Positions 1 to 12,377 of a DNA stretch of 64,000 nt are shown piece by piece (position 1 is the first letter of the stretch; each line of letters starts with the position of its first letter). Below the pieces are notes generated by a model. The model saw only the letters and a program-made list of their open reading frames with translations. It did not search any database and was not told where the DNA came from. This DNA is from Octopus vulgaris (lineage: Eukaryota), in NCBI GenBank assembly GCA_951406725.2, contig OX597826.1, forward strand, positions 81,344,001-81,408,000, read 5' to 3'. Position numbers and translations under genes: made by a program.

Positions 1-486
1 GATTTGTGTGATAAATCATTCTCTCGAATTGATACTCTAACAGTTCACAGGCACATTCATACAGGAGAGAAACCATATTGGTGTGATATCTGTGGTAAAT
101 CATTCCCTCGAAATCGTGCCTTGATTGATCACAAATGCATTCATACTGGGGAAAAGCGATTCCATTGTGATGTTTGTGGTAAAGCATTCGTTCAAAGTAA
201 TGTTTTAAAGGGACATATACTCATTCATACTGGGGAAAGACCATATCACTGTGATATCTGTGGTAAATCATTTGCTAAAAGTACTGCTGTAACTGTACAC
301 AAACATATTCACACTAAAGAAAAGCCATATCATTGCGATATCTGTGGTAAATCATTCTCTCGCAGAAATTATCTGGCTAAGCACACGAGTATTCATACAG
401 CTTCAAGACTACATCACTGTAATATCTGTGATAAATCATTCTCTCAGCATGATGAATTAACTAATCACATATGTATTCCTACATGA
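1..486 (+). CDS. C2H2 zinc-finger gene 1 (5' part outside window); last 6 fingers
   Basis: Cx2C-x12-Hx3H repeats with TGEKPY linkers; near-identical to 7519-8007; TGA at 484-486. Confidence 0.92.
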   Translation, partial: DLCDKSFSRIDTLTVHRHIHTGEKPYWCDICGKSFPRNRALIDHKCIHTGEKRFHCDVCGKAFVQSNVLKGHILIHTGERPYHCDICGKSFAKSTAVTVHKHIHTKEKPYHCDICGKSFSRRNYLAKHTSIHTASRLHHCNICDKSFSQHDELTNHICIPT

Positions 487-854
487 GACAAAACACATCA
501 TTGATACAAACATTGTATCAGCACTCTGATGCTGATGATCTTAAGAGAAAAGTTGAGCATAAGAGGCATGAGATGTGGTGTGAAAGAGAGATGACTGTGA
601 TGCGTATGGATGAGGACAGGAAGCAGTGCAGTTTGGGAGATAACTAAGGGTGTACCTTAGGGTGGAAGGAAATTATGAAACTAAATAGGAACCTGCAAGT
701 GTCGTTGTTATATTAATCTTTACATAAAAACAAAATGTGTGGAATTATCATCATCAACATTTCTCTAACATTTTGTCATTTCATTAGTTTGAAATTTAAA
801 ATTCCAGAGTTCTGGCTGCACCAATCCTTGTGAATATTCTTGATTTGAAATCGA

Positions 855-860
855 AATAAA
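855..860 (+). terminator. Putative poly(A) signal in a conserved 3' UTR block (paralogous sites 9497, 34119, 43049, 50208, 60866)
   Basis: AATAAA inside the shared block CCAGAGTTCT...AATAAAA(C/A)TGGTTTACTCT found downstream of six ZNF genes. Confidence 0.55.
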
Positions 861-955
861 ACTGGTTTACTCTTAAAGTGTTCTCGTTTTTTATCAAATA
901 AATGAAAGTTTTTACTGATTTCAACATCATTTTACAGGCATTTTAAATACATATA

Positions 956-1132
956 TGTAAAAAGCACCCACTACACTCTCGGAGTGGTTGGCATTAGGAA
1001 GAGTATCCAGCTGTAGAAACTCTGCCAGATCAAGATTGGAGCCTGGTGCAGCCATCTGGCTCGCCAGCCCTCAGTCAAAATCGTCCAACCCATGCCAGCA
1101 ATGGAAAGCGGACGTTAAACGATGATGATGAT
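956..1132 (+). mobile_element. RTE LINE 3' tail fragment
   Basis: AAAAGCACCCACTACACTC...CCAACCCATGC...GGACGTTAAAC(GAT)n, the same terminus as the longer RTE copies. Confidence 0.8.
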
Positions 1133-1268
1133 ATGTGTGATTACTTTTATATCAAGAGCAATCGACATTACAACACGAAAATTACTTATAAGATATGGTA
1201 ATAATTTGAAGAAGAATAACAATTGCTGGAAACTTTATTCGTTTTTTATGGAGTGCTATTAACATTAT

Positions 1269-3458
1269 TATCATCATTTAATGTCCTTTTTCCATACTAG
1301 CATGGGTTGGGTGGTTCGACTGGGGTCTCGGAAGCCAGATGCTGCACCAGGCTCCAGTCTGATCTGGCAGTATTCCTATTGCCAACCACTGCGTGAGTGT
1401 AGTAGGTGCCTTTTATGTGCCACCAGCACAGGGGCCAGAGGAGGCTGGCAACAGCCATGATCAGTTGGTGCTTTTTATGTGCCACTGGCACGGAAGCCAG
1501 TCAAGGCAGCACTGGCATCAGCCACGTTCGGATGGTGCTTTTTATGTGCCACTGGCACAGGTATCACAACTACAATTTCCATTTGATTTTCATTTTTATG
1601 TTGATGTACTTGACTCAATAGGTCTCCTCAAGTACAGCAGGTCACCCTATGATCCAAGGTACTTTTGAATGGGCTGGGGCTGGTTATGTGAAACTGGTGT
1701 AGGATATAACCATGAACTCACTTTATTTGCCGGGACTTCACAGACACAGCATATCTCCAGAGGTCTCGGTCTTTCATTATTGCCTCTGTGAGGCCCAACG
1801 TTCAAAGGTCATGCTTGACCACCTCACCCCATGTCTTCCTGGGTCTGCCTCTACCCTGAATTCCTTCAACTGTTTGGGAGTGGCACTTCTTCACACATCT
1901 CTCCTCATCCATCTGTAGTACATGAGCGTACAAACATCCTCTCTTGCACACCACATCTGATGCTTCTTATGTCTAACATTTCTCTCAGGGCACTTACACA
2001 TTACACATCCAGCGGATCGTGCTAGCTTCATTTCTTTCAAGCCTACACATGCCCTCTGCAGTCACAGCCCATGTTTCACTACCGTGAAGCATGGCAGTTT
2101 GCACACATGCATCGTACAATCTGCCTTTCACTCTGAGCGGGAGACCCTTTGTCACTAGTAGGGGTTGGAGCTTTCTGAACTTTGCCCAGGCTATTCGTAT
2201 TCTAGTGGTGACACTCTCTGAGCATCTACCTCCACTACTAACTTGGTCACCCAGGTAGCGGAAACTATCAACTACTTCTAGTTTCTCCCCCTGGAGTATG
2301 ATGGAATCTGTTTTCTGAGTATCTGTGGTGTCTATGGTCCCTGTGCATCTGCCGCACACAAAAGCTATCTTCTTGGTTAATCTTTCTTTCATGTTGCTGC
2401 ACCTCTTATGTGTCCATAGCTTATACTGGGTACATCTTATGGGGTTTCGACCTACACCTTTTCTACAGATCAAGCAAAGCCACCTACCTGAAGGGGTGTG
2501 TGATGAGTTTGCCTTCTTACTAGAACTTTGGTCTTTGCTACATTGACTCTAAGGCCTTTTGATTCTAAACCTTGCTTCCACACCTGGAATTTCTTTTCTA
2601 GTTCCAGTAGTGATTCTGCTATGAGGGTCAGGTCATCAGTATAGAGGAGCTCCCCGGGGCAACCTGTCTTGAATTTGTAAGAATTAGCACTTCCTTCTCT
2701 AAGCCTTGATTCAAAATCGAATCCAAGAATCCTCGGTTGTCCAAACCAATGCAATTAAAGGCGCGAAAGCAAGAACCCCTTTGTTCTGTCAAAAAGTGAT
2801 TGATCATCTCCCTTTGACCTACGACCTCAGCCATGTCAGGCTAAGTTCAACTGGACAAGTGCTGACCTAAATAACCACTGTTTCTGTTGCGATATGTCTG
2901 TTTTTCTAGCTGTCACAAATATTATAAATACAAGGGAAAAACAGAAGGGACAAACGGGAGACGAGATAGATCTATCTACGCCCCAAGTTTATGGCAGACG
3001 ACAGACAGAGAGAAATGCTCACAGTGTCTATCGACTACTGTTTTGAATGAAACATGCACACAAACATATTCATTTTTAATATGTGCTCTATACAAGCAAT
3101 TCGTAGCATTTGCTTACATTTGTATGTAGTGTACTTATAACCCTGTAAATAAATTCCTTTTAATCATGAAGCGGTTTATGTATTTGTTTACGTACACACA
3201 TATCCACTACAAATTCCTCTGTTATTGGCTGGAGGTCTATGATGAATAAAAGGGGACTGAGGGCTGAACCTTGGTGGACCCCTACTTCTACCCAGAATTC
3301 TTCACTATACTCATTGCCAATCCTAACCTTACAATCAGCCTCTCTGTATAGGGCCTGTACAGCCCTTATTAACCATTTGTTAGTTTCCGCATCGCCCACC
3401 AGATAAGAGATCAGGGGATCCTGTCAAAGGCTTTCTCCAAGTCCACAAAAGCTAGGTA
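1269..3458 (-). mobile_element. 5'-truncated RTE LINE (RT palm/thumb plus 3' UTR), split by a solo LTR
   Basis: ORF fragments GVHQGSALSPLLF, ELLYTDDL, FRYLG, LHGSETW; collinear with 53092-54740. Confidence 0.9.
2676..3211 (+). mobile_element. Solo LTR (536 bp), Gypsy-like
   Basis: TGTA...TACA ends; 4-bp TSD AATT (2672-2675 and 3212-3215) splits the RTE sequence GAATTCCTCT; TATAAATA 2923-2930; AATAAA 3148-3153. Confidence 0.8.
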
Positions 3459-3970
3459 TCTATGTTTTTATTAAACAAATCAATAGAAAATAGTAGCTGT
3501 AACATACTAAAATGGTTCCATTGCAGAATATTGCCAAGTGCAATAAATTCATAACGTCATTTCAGCTTTAATGTATTTTATGAAAAATGGATAGGATTTG
3601 CATTTTCAGTAAAATTGCAAATATTTGGGAAATGAAGTGTTGGAGTGTGGCATATATTAACCACAGTATATTATCATTAATTATTAATTAACCCTAGTCA
3701 AACGAAATCAGTAGTTGAACTTGGTAAAAAAAAAACTGGACAAAACACAGGATTTGAAGAGCAAACTTAATTAGTGGTTTGTTATGTAAAGAAATGGCCT
3801 GTATCTTTACCATGTGTTTCTTTAGAAAGCTAAAATAACCAGCAATCATTCATCAGTTGAATAATTGAAATAATTTGAGATTTTAAAGAATATTGTTAAT
3901 TATTGAAGAAAAAAATTGTTAGCTTCAGACCCTTTCTGTTAGTTTCATCAGATTAGATTGTTTTTTTCGA

Positions 3971-4543
3971 TTCCTGTTGGGGCAAGTGAAATCGGAAACG
4001 AAATTGAACCAATCCTATGACTGGCACCCGGCAGTTGCCAGAGCCGCTCGACTGACTCCTGTGCAGGTGGCAAGTAAATAAACAGTGTTTCGACCCTGTG
4101 CTTGAGGAGACCTATGGAGTCAAGTACCCCAACATCAAGAATCAATGGAAACTGTACTTGTGATCCCTGTCCCGGTGGAACGAAAAAGCATCATCCGAAC
4201 ATGGCCGATGCCAGCGCCACCTAGACTGGCTTCCGTGCCGGTGGCATGTAAAAAGCATCATCCGAATGTGGCCGATGCCAGCGCCGCCTTGAATGGCTTC
4301 CGTGCCGGTGGCACGTAAAAAGCACCAATCCGATCGTGGCCGTTGCCAGCCACGCCTGGCACGTAAAAAGCACCCACTACACTCACGGAGTGGTTGGCAT
4401 TAGGAAGGGCATCCAGCTGTAGAAACACTGCCAGATCAGACTGGAGCCTGGTGCAGCCTCCTGGCTTCCCAGATCCCTGGTTGAACTGTCCAACCCATGC
4501 TAGAATGGAGAACGGACGTTAAACAATGATGATGGTGATGATG
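3971..4543 (+). mobile_element. RTE 3' UTR with internal ~55-bp tandem repeats
   Basis: Repeated AAAAGCA..ATCCGAA..TGGCCGATGCCAG..GGTGGCACGT units, ending in a (GAT)n tail. Confidence 0.8.
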
Positions 4544-5354
4544 AAAGCATTGTGATAATCAGAAAACCTCTTTTCTTCACCATTTTAAGTTACGCACGTA
4601 TATTAAAGTTTTATTGTTTGGAAAATGGTGAATTATAAGATTAATTTATTTTTAATTTGTTCTGGCAGAAATTTGTCAGTCCAAGTTGTGCTTTGGGATC
4701 TGAGCAAACATTACAAGTCAAGGCAGGGGTACGTTGTGCAAGGCATTTGGGTATCCTGACTTCTGGAGTTATCATTAGTAGTCTACATTTTGGCTTTCTT
4801 TAGTGTATATATGTATGTTATACAAAACTGTGTTTGTAATTATACTTCATAAATTTGATGTTGGAAATTCTCTTGTCCAAATCAGTTTCTCATCTTAAAA
4901 TTTGGGGTGGGTTGGTGATGGAGGGTGAAATTCCATTGATTTTGCTTTAAAAAATTACTGCCTCAGAATCATGATTTTCAAATTTTAAATTTAAGTCATC
5001 ACAAACATATTAGGTTATGTTTAAAAACTCCTTATTTTTTTTTATTTTTTTTAACGTAAGTTTATATTCTTGAATATGTTTAACAAATCTTCATCTGTTG
5101 TAAGCTTTAGAGTTTATCATTTTAGAGAAATCAGAAAAGGAGAAATGCGAACAACGCAAGTATAATTTGAAATTGGGTCCAGGCTAGCCCTGGCGGTAAT
5201 TTGGAAATCGATTTTAGATGACCGGGTGGTAACTTGAAATGAAGGGAACGTTGAAGGCTTTACACCGGGTTATTATCGTCATCATAATGATTACGAAACT
5301 GTGGTTGACAATAAACCTCTGTCTCCTTTTATGTTAATTGCATTCGTTTCCCTG

Positions 5355-5450
5355 ATTTTCGCCGATTCCGACCAAAGTCTGCTGCAACGATTGCCAAAGA
5401 TGTCATAGTGTTAGCCAAGCGAATTACCATTATGTAAAGAAAACGTGAGT
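5355..5450 (+). promoter_or_regulatory. Diverged promoter/non-coding exon 1 of ZNF gene 2; donor GTGAGT 5445-5450
   Basis: GTGAGTATTTA...GGAGAGTTTCGGAAT context matches the donor at 13636; upstream TACGAAACT motif; acceptor TTTCAG ends at 6652. Confidence 0.5.
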
Positions 5451-5860
5451 ATTTAAAGGAAATTCAAAACTACATAAATTATTTCCAAGCGGAGAGTTTC
5501 GGAATCCCACATCGACAAGTACCTGCTGCCCATCGAGTACCGTCAGCTATTCTAAAGCTCCACCGTTCTCAATATTTCCGTTTCTCCTTTGCAATTTTCA
5601 CTTTCTGTAGATTTCTTTCCCACCCATAGCTACACCTCGGACTCCGCATAGAAATCCCACCCTACTCTACCAAAGTCAATTCCTTCTCGATGGGAACAGG
5701 GTCTTCTCTTCTTTCCTATTTACTAATACATTAATTTTCGCTGTCTGTCGATTGTTTCCATGCTTGAAAGGGAGTAGAGCATCAGAATAAGGGGCTACCC
5801 CTTAGCAGCAGGCCTTAAAGTCTTTTGTTGGGGCTTAGAGAACTATAACGAACAGAAACT

Positions 5861-5897
<37 letters not shown>

Positions 5898-7062
5898 CCT
5901 GGTGCAATCCCCTCTTCCCGCTGTATTCGTAGCCATACTCTTTCTTAAGTCTCACTTTGCTCCCTATACATCGCTTGTGTGGCTCTCACAAGGCATTATT
6001 CATCTATTCCAGATGCCTTCGGTTTTCACCAGACCACAGCTATGAACCCTATCATAGTTACTTGGGCAACAAATGCTAGGTGTAGGGGCCAAGTCATGGC
6101 TAGATACTTCTCGGTTTTGACACTAAATAACATTGCTTTATATAAATATCAGTCACTTCTTGAAAAAGGATTTTCAATGTCAACTACCTAAACAACATCA
6201 ATTCGTTGCAGGCGAAATTTTCCCCTTTCATTTTCAAAGTTTCTCATTGTCCATTAATGTTTACATTCGCTATTTGCAAACAACTACGACAAATTACTGA
6301 AAGAAATATTTACTACAAATTTAAATCTTTGATATAAGATAGTTTTTACCAGTAAGGTAATATTGTTTGTTGGTCAGAGATGTGTTTATGCAAAACTAGA
6401 AACAAATGATGTTTTTCGCTTGGTAGTGACCCTTGCTTCCAACAATCAAGACAAGTAGACATTTCTTTTCTGTGGTATGATATGTATCTCTATTAGATGT
6501 TAATTTCTGCTCTGTTATGTATGAAATCATGTTGTGATACGCTGGACAAGTTCAGTTGTATTCTAAAATTTATCACCATAAAAATGTGAATTTTTGGTGA
6601 TTCTCTAGTTTAATTATTCTTTATATCTTTTACTGTTTCTCTATCATTTCAGGTCCTTGATGAAACTGGTATCGAAATATTATCTTACATCAGAAGCATC
6701 ATCAATATTTATCAGCTTTTAAAGATAAAGGAAGATTCTGTATAAGAAATATGATACTTGTATAAATCTGGGGAAGCATGGCAAAATGTTTCACTCTGGG
6801 TGAGATTATTAGCAACATTTTTGAAGGTCACTGTCTGGAATGAGAACAAAATTCTGCATTCTAAATAAATATATTTATAAATTACTTTACATCATCTTCA
6901 GATATTGGTAAAGACTGCAGCTGATGGGAATATAACTGAAGGAATACTTGTTAAAAATAATTTATAAAAAGAAAAGCAAGTGAAGTGTTCTTTTATTGTG
7001 GAGAAATAAGAAAAACTTATGTTATGAGTTAAAAGATTGCTTTAAATGTTTGTCCTTCAGAA

Positions 7063-8007
7063 ATGGCCAAAAAATTAGGAAAGTCCTCACCTGAGTGTGA
7101 TATCTGTGGAAAGTTATTCACTACAAAGGATCATCTTACTACTCATATACGTATTCATACAGGAGTGAAACCATATCAATGCGATATCTGTGGTAGATCA
7201 TTTTCTCGGTCTACTGAATTAACTACTCACAAACGTGTTCATACAGGAGAGAAACCATATAAATGTGATATCTGTGGTCAGTCATTTACACGTAGAGATG
7301 TTTTAACCAGACACAGACGTATTCACACAGGAGAGAGACCTTATCAGTGTGACACGTGTAGTAAATCATTCCCCAATAGTACGAACCTGACTGCTCACAA
7401 ACGTATTCATACTGGAGAAAAACCATATCATTGTGATTTTTGTGGTAGATCATTCACTCAAAATAACCAGCTAACTAAACACAAACGCATTCATACAGGA
7501 GAAAAGCCCTATCAATGCGATTTGTGTGATAAATCATTCTCTCGAAATGATAATCTAACAGCTCACAGGCACATTCATACAGGAGAGAAACCATATTGGT
7601 GTGATATCTGTGGTAAATCATTCCCTCGAAATAGTGCCTTGATTGATCACAAATGCATTCATACTGGGGAAAAGCGATTCCATTGTGATGTTTGTGGTAA
7701 AGCATTCGTTCAAAGTAATCTTTTAAAGGGACATATACGCATTCATACTGGGGAAAAACCATATCAGTGTGATATCTGTGGTAAATCATTTGCTAAAAGT
7801 ACTGCTGTAACTCTACACAAACATATTCACACTAAAGAAAAGCCATATCATTGCGATATCTGTGGTAAATCATTCTCTCGCAGAAATTATCTGGCTAAGC
7901 ACAAGAGTATTCATACAGCTTCAAGACTACATCACTGTAATATCTGTGATAAATCATTCTCTCAGCATGATGAATTAACTAAACACATATGTATTCCTAC
8001 ATCATGA
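7063..8007 (+). CDS. C2H2 zinc-finger gene 2, 314 aa, 11 fingers (last degenerate)
   Basis: Intact ORF; short N-terminus [11 protein letters not shown], then a tandem finger array. Confidence 0.93.
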   Translation: MAKKLGKSSPECDICGKLFTTKDHLTTHIRIHTGVKPYQCDICGRSFSRSTELTTHKRVHTGEKPYKCDICGQSFTRRDVLTRHRRIHTGERPYQCDTCSKSFPNSTNLTAHKRIHTGEKPYHCDFCGRSFTQNNQLTKHKRIHTGEKPYQCDLCDKSFSRNDNLTAHRHIHTGEKPYWCDICGKSFPRNSALIDHKCIHTGEKRFHCDVCGKAFVQSNLLKGHIRIHTGEKPYQCDICGKSFAKSTAVTLHKHIHTKEKPYHCDICGKSFSRRNYLAKHKSIHTASRLHHCNICDKSFSQHDELTKHICIPTS

Positions 8008-8044
8008 GACAAAACACATCATTGATACAAACATTGTATCAGCA

Positions 8045-8646
8045 CTCTGATGCTGATGATCTTGAGAGAAAAGTTGAGCATAAGAGGCATGAGATGTGGT
8101 GTGAAAGAGAGATGACTGTGATGCGTATGGACGAGGACAACTGCATAAAGAAGTGCCAATCTCTAACTGTGGAGGGTAGCTAGGGTAGAGGTAGACTCAG
8201 GAATACATGGTACGAGGCAATGACTAGTGACCGAGACCTTTGACAATATGCTGTGCTTGAGAAAACTTGTCAAGCAAGGTGAAGTCGTAGTTGTGGATAA
8301 TGCTGGTTGCATGTAAAAAGCAGCTTTTGAGTGTTTGACCACACGGGGGCAATCACAGAGGCCTTTGGCATTGCGCCGTGCTAGAGAATAAAAACCATCA
8401 AGCCAAGTAAAGTCACAGTTGTGGAAGATACCGGTGTCATGCAAATGGCACCCGTGCCAGTGTGACTTAATAGCACCCATTACACTCTCAGAGTGGTTGG
8501 CATTAGGAATAGCCTTCAGCTATAGAAACCATGCCAAATCAGACTGGAGTCTGGTGCAGACTTCCCGCTTACCAGCTCTGGTCAAACTGTCCAACCCATA
8601 CCAACATGGACAACAGACATTAAATGATATTGATGATGATGATGAT
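8045..8646 (+). mobile_element. Degraded RTE 3' end within the 3' UTR of gene 2
   Basis: RMDEDNCIKKCQSLTVEG remnant, RTE tail and (GAT)n. Confidence 0.75.
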
Positions 8647-8689
8647 ATTACCAACAGTTTGGTTGTTGGTAATATCTTCAGTATTTCTT

Positions 8690-8880
8690 GTCCATGTTTA
8701 ATGCTGGAATGGGTTGAATAGTCTGAGAGAGGATCTGATGGGACGAAGGGCTGCATGGTGCTTCACTGTCTGCTTTGGCCTGGTTTCTATCTTTGGATGT
8801 CCTTCTTAATGCCAGCCACTTCACAGCATGTGCTGGGTACCTGTTCTCCATGATACCAGTGCTCATGAGGCTGTCATGAA
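8690..8880 (-). mobile_element. Degraded antisense RTE tail
   Basis: ATGCTGGAATGGGTTG...TTTCTAT..TGGATGTCCTTCTTAATGCCAGCCAC. Confidence 0.6.
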
Positions 8881-10019
8881 GTTTGTAAGGTTTCAAACCC
8901 AGGGAGGTGGGGGGGGAACTTTATGATAGGAGCTGAGGGGCATAAGATGGATAAGCATGAGGCGGATAAGAGGGACAGATGGAAAGTTGTGGCTGCTGAC
9001 TTCAACGGGGAATGAGGCCGCATGCCATCCCATGACACGGAGCTTGTTGGCTAAGTCCTGATATTTCAATTCCTTTAGCTGGTGGTAAAGTCAATCCTCC
9101 TGGGGCAGTGTGAGTCTGACCATGATGATAGTTTTTGTATTCCTGGAGTGCAGGAATGCAAATTGTATTGGTGGGGGTGGAGTAGAGAAGAGTATTAATG
9201 GACGAAAAGTGGGAAACAAGGGAAATGGTGCTGGACAGTAAGAAAAGAAAGTGGTTACATGGAAGCAGTGCAGTTTGGGAGATAACTAAGGGTGTACCTT
9301 AGGGTGGAAGGAAATGGTGAAACTAAATAGGAACCTGCAAGTGTCGTTGTTATATTAATCTTTACATAAAAACAAAATGTGTGGAATTATCATCATCAAC
9401 ATTTCTCTAACATTTTGTCATTTCATTAGTTTGAAATTTAAAACTCCAGAGTTCTGGCTGCACCAATCCTTGTGAATATTCTTGATTTGAAATCGAAATA
9501 AAACTGGTTTACTCTTAAAATGTTCTCGTTTTTTATCAAATTAATGAAAGTTTTTACTGATTTCAACATCATTTTACAGGCATTTTAAATACATATATGT
9601 AAAAAGCACCCACTACACTCTCGGAGTGGTTGGCATTAGGAAGAGCTGTTAATAAAACAATTTCGATTTTATTATATAAACATGTTAAGGTGAAATAAAT
9701 ATATGTAAAAAGCCCCTGTTCTGATACCACAAATAAGTGCCCTGTAAAGTGGTTGGTGTTAGGAATAGCATCTTGCAATAGAAATCTTGCTAAAACAGGT
9801 AATTGGAGCCTGGGCGGCTCTCCAGCCTTGCCAACACCTGTCAGACTATCCAGCATTAAATGAAGATGAGGAGTTGAACTGGTTTTTTATAAGTTACTAT
9901 GAAATATCCAGCAAGGAACTCATTTATTTTTAGCAGTAGAGTTGATGGAGACTGTGTAAAGCCATCTTTAATATTCTTCTTTAGGAAGAATATTACAGCA
10001 TTGAGCCTCATGGAGGCAA

Positions 10020-11086
10020 AGTTCCTTTCAAGTGTTGGGCATCACGGAGGTAAAGTGGCTGAGTTCCTTGTGAGTGTGGGTCCTCACAGAGGCAATGGCC
10101 AAGACCTTTGGCATTACTGTGTGCTTGAGAAGAAGACCCACCAAGCTGAGCAAAATCGCTGTCATGGCAGATACCAGTGTCATGCAAACGGCACATAAAA
10201 GCACCGATTACACTTTCAGAATGGTTGGCGTTAGGAAGGGTATCCATCGGTAGAAAGCCAAGTGAAATCAGACTGGAGTCTGGTACAGGCTTCCAGCTTG
10301 CCAGCCCATACCAACATGGATAAAGGATGGTAAATGATGAAGGCATTGCTGTGAGTGGAATTCTTACTGTGCTGACCATATTTAAATGACCAATCAATAG
10401 AAAATAGTAGCTGTAACATACTAAAATGGTTTCGTTGCAGAATACAATGCCAAAAGCATCAAATTCATTACATAAAGTCATTTCAGTTGTAACAGACATG
10501 AGTTGAAATAAGAAGAGCAATAAACATGGGAAGAACAAATATACATAAAGTACCTGAGTTTATTTGGGGAAAAAAAAAATCACTATCCCGAAATGTAACA
10601 ATATTTGTTTCGACACGATTTCACATCAGGAATTTTGCAAAACAAATTGATAAATATGCTGCTTGCGAAGAACTGTTGAGGAAATCGAAATCAAATCAAA
10701 TTCAATGACTGGCACCGAAGCCAGTGAAGTACTAAGAGCACCATCCGAGTGTGATCATTGCCAGAGCAGCTGACTGGCTTCCGTGCCAGTGGCATGTAAA
10801 AATGCCAATGGCAGATGAAAAAGCATTCGAGCAAGGTCATTGCCAGTGCCGCCTGACTGGCTCCTGTGCAGGTGGCATGTAAAAAACACCATTTGAGTGT
10901 GGCCATTGCCAGTACGGCCTGACTGGCCCTCATACCGGTGGCACATAAAATCACCCACCACACTCAGCTGTAGAAACTCTGCCAGATCAAGATTGGAGCC
11001 TGGTGCAGCCATCTGGTTCACCAGTCCACAGTTAAATCATCCAACCCATGCTAGCATGGAAAGCGGACGTTAAACGATGATGATGA
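10020..11086 (+). mobile_element. Two RTE 3'-end fragments (about 10020-10340 and 10690-11086)
   Basis: RTE 3' UTR repeats and (GAT)n tail. Confidence 0.7.
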
Positions 11087-11344
11087 AAGTTTTAATATAT
11101 TTACATTTTCAGTAGTGTAAAATTACAAATATTTGTGAAATGTGGTATTACTTTTAATTATTAATTAACCCCAATTAAATGAAATCACTAGTTGAACTTG
11201 GTAAGAGAGATATGACAAAGAAGTTCTACTGGAAAGAATATTAGCTTTGGATGGTTTTTAAAGTACCAATCCTTGAAGTACCTTAGAATTTAAGTACTGA
11301 AGCGGATATATATATACCCAACTTTTCAATGTGTACATTTGTAT

Positions 11345-11675
11345 TAATTTTTTCATGCACATCCACTTTGCTTTGTGTCTTTCCAGCCTTCTCAAATTCT
11401 CTGCATTTGAGGCCCATGTCTCACTACCATACAGCATTGCAGTTCTAATACAAGCATCATAGAATCAGCCATTCTCCATTAGGGAAAAGACCTTTGCTGT
11501 TAACAGTGTTAATAGCTCTGAACTTTCTCCAGCAGCTATACTTTCAGAACAACTACCTCTTTTGCTAATTACATCTCCAAAGTAACAAAAGCTATCAACT
11601 ACTTTTAATGAGCCATCAAGACATTTAAGGGACTCAGTTTCGGGTGTACTCACCCATACTGCCCCGGTGCAGCTA
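11345..11675 (-). mobile_element. Old RTE ORF remnant (paralogous copy at about 22485-22850)
   Basis: LKVVDSFCY(F/L)GD and LHGSEAW motifs. Confidence 0.7.
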
Positions 11676-12377
11676 CATTTTCAGATTTTGTAAACTTACA
11701 TAATAAGCTGTCTGGAATTATTATTTATTAGTTCCATTGGAATATGCAGTGTTGGAGCACTGGGGCTGGAGTCAGCATTTGTGTCTAAGACCCCTACCCT
11801 TCTAAAATGCTGTCTTAAGTGAAAAATTGTTATTCATTAGCCCCAGGTCAGCCCTGTTGAGCAGACATAGGATTAAAGATATTCCAGTCTGACCAATTTA
11901 TGAGGGTGGGCTGAAAAGTTCATATTCTGATTATGAAGTGGTGATGCTAGAGCTGTGAAATCTTGCATATATTAATTTCAATGCTTCTTATTGGTAGCTG
12001 CATTGTTTCCTTCCAGGTAAACTGACATCTGACTGTTCAAAGAAAACTTCAAAAGTAACAAACACAGTCTCACTAAATATGTTTGTTATATGTAATCATA
12101 AACACATTGCATGTATTATTAACAAACACGGGCCCAGCATGATGGCGTTTTATAGCGAGAAATGCATTAATGAATATAGTCTGCCCTTTCAAGATTGAAT
12201 GAGATAACTTGAGGGAAATTTGACTGCTATTTTTAGGAGACCATGCAAGTAGAAGTGGTACTATTGCTGCTACATAAATGTTTAGCCTCCTGCATAGCCA
12301 TAGCTACCCTAGTAAGCAGACATTGGATCAAAAACCATTTTGTCCTTTCCTCTGGTATTTTATATTACAACCTTAAA

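Noticed and set aside
4180-4380. CRISPR-like repeat/spacer look of the RTE UTR arrays and 84-bp finger repeats
   Set aside because: The 'spacers' are homologous to each other, the context is eukaryotic and there are no cas genes.
7475-7789. Antisense ORFs over ZNF genes (MIYHRYH...; also 17304, 32657, 59393)
   Set aside because: Shadow frames of the repetitive finger codons; no independent evidence.
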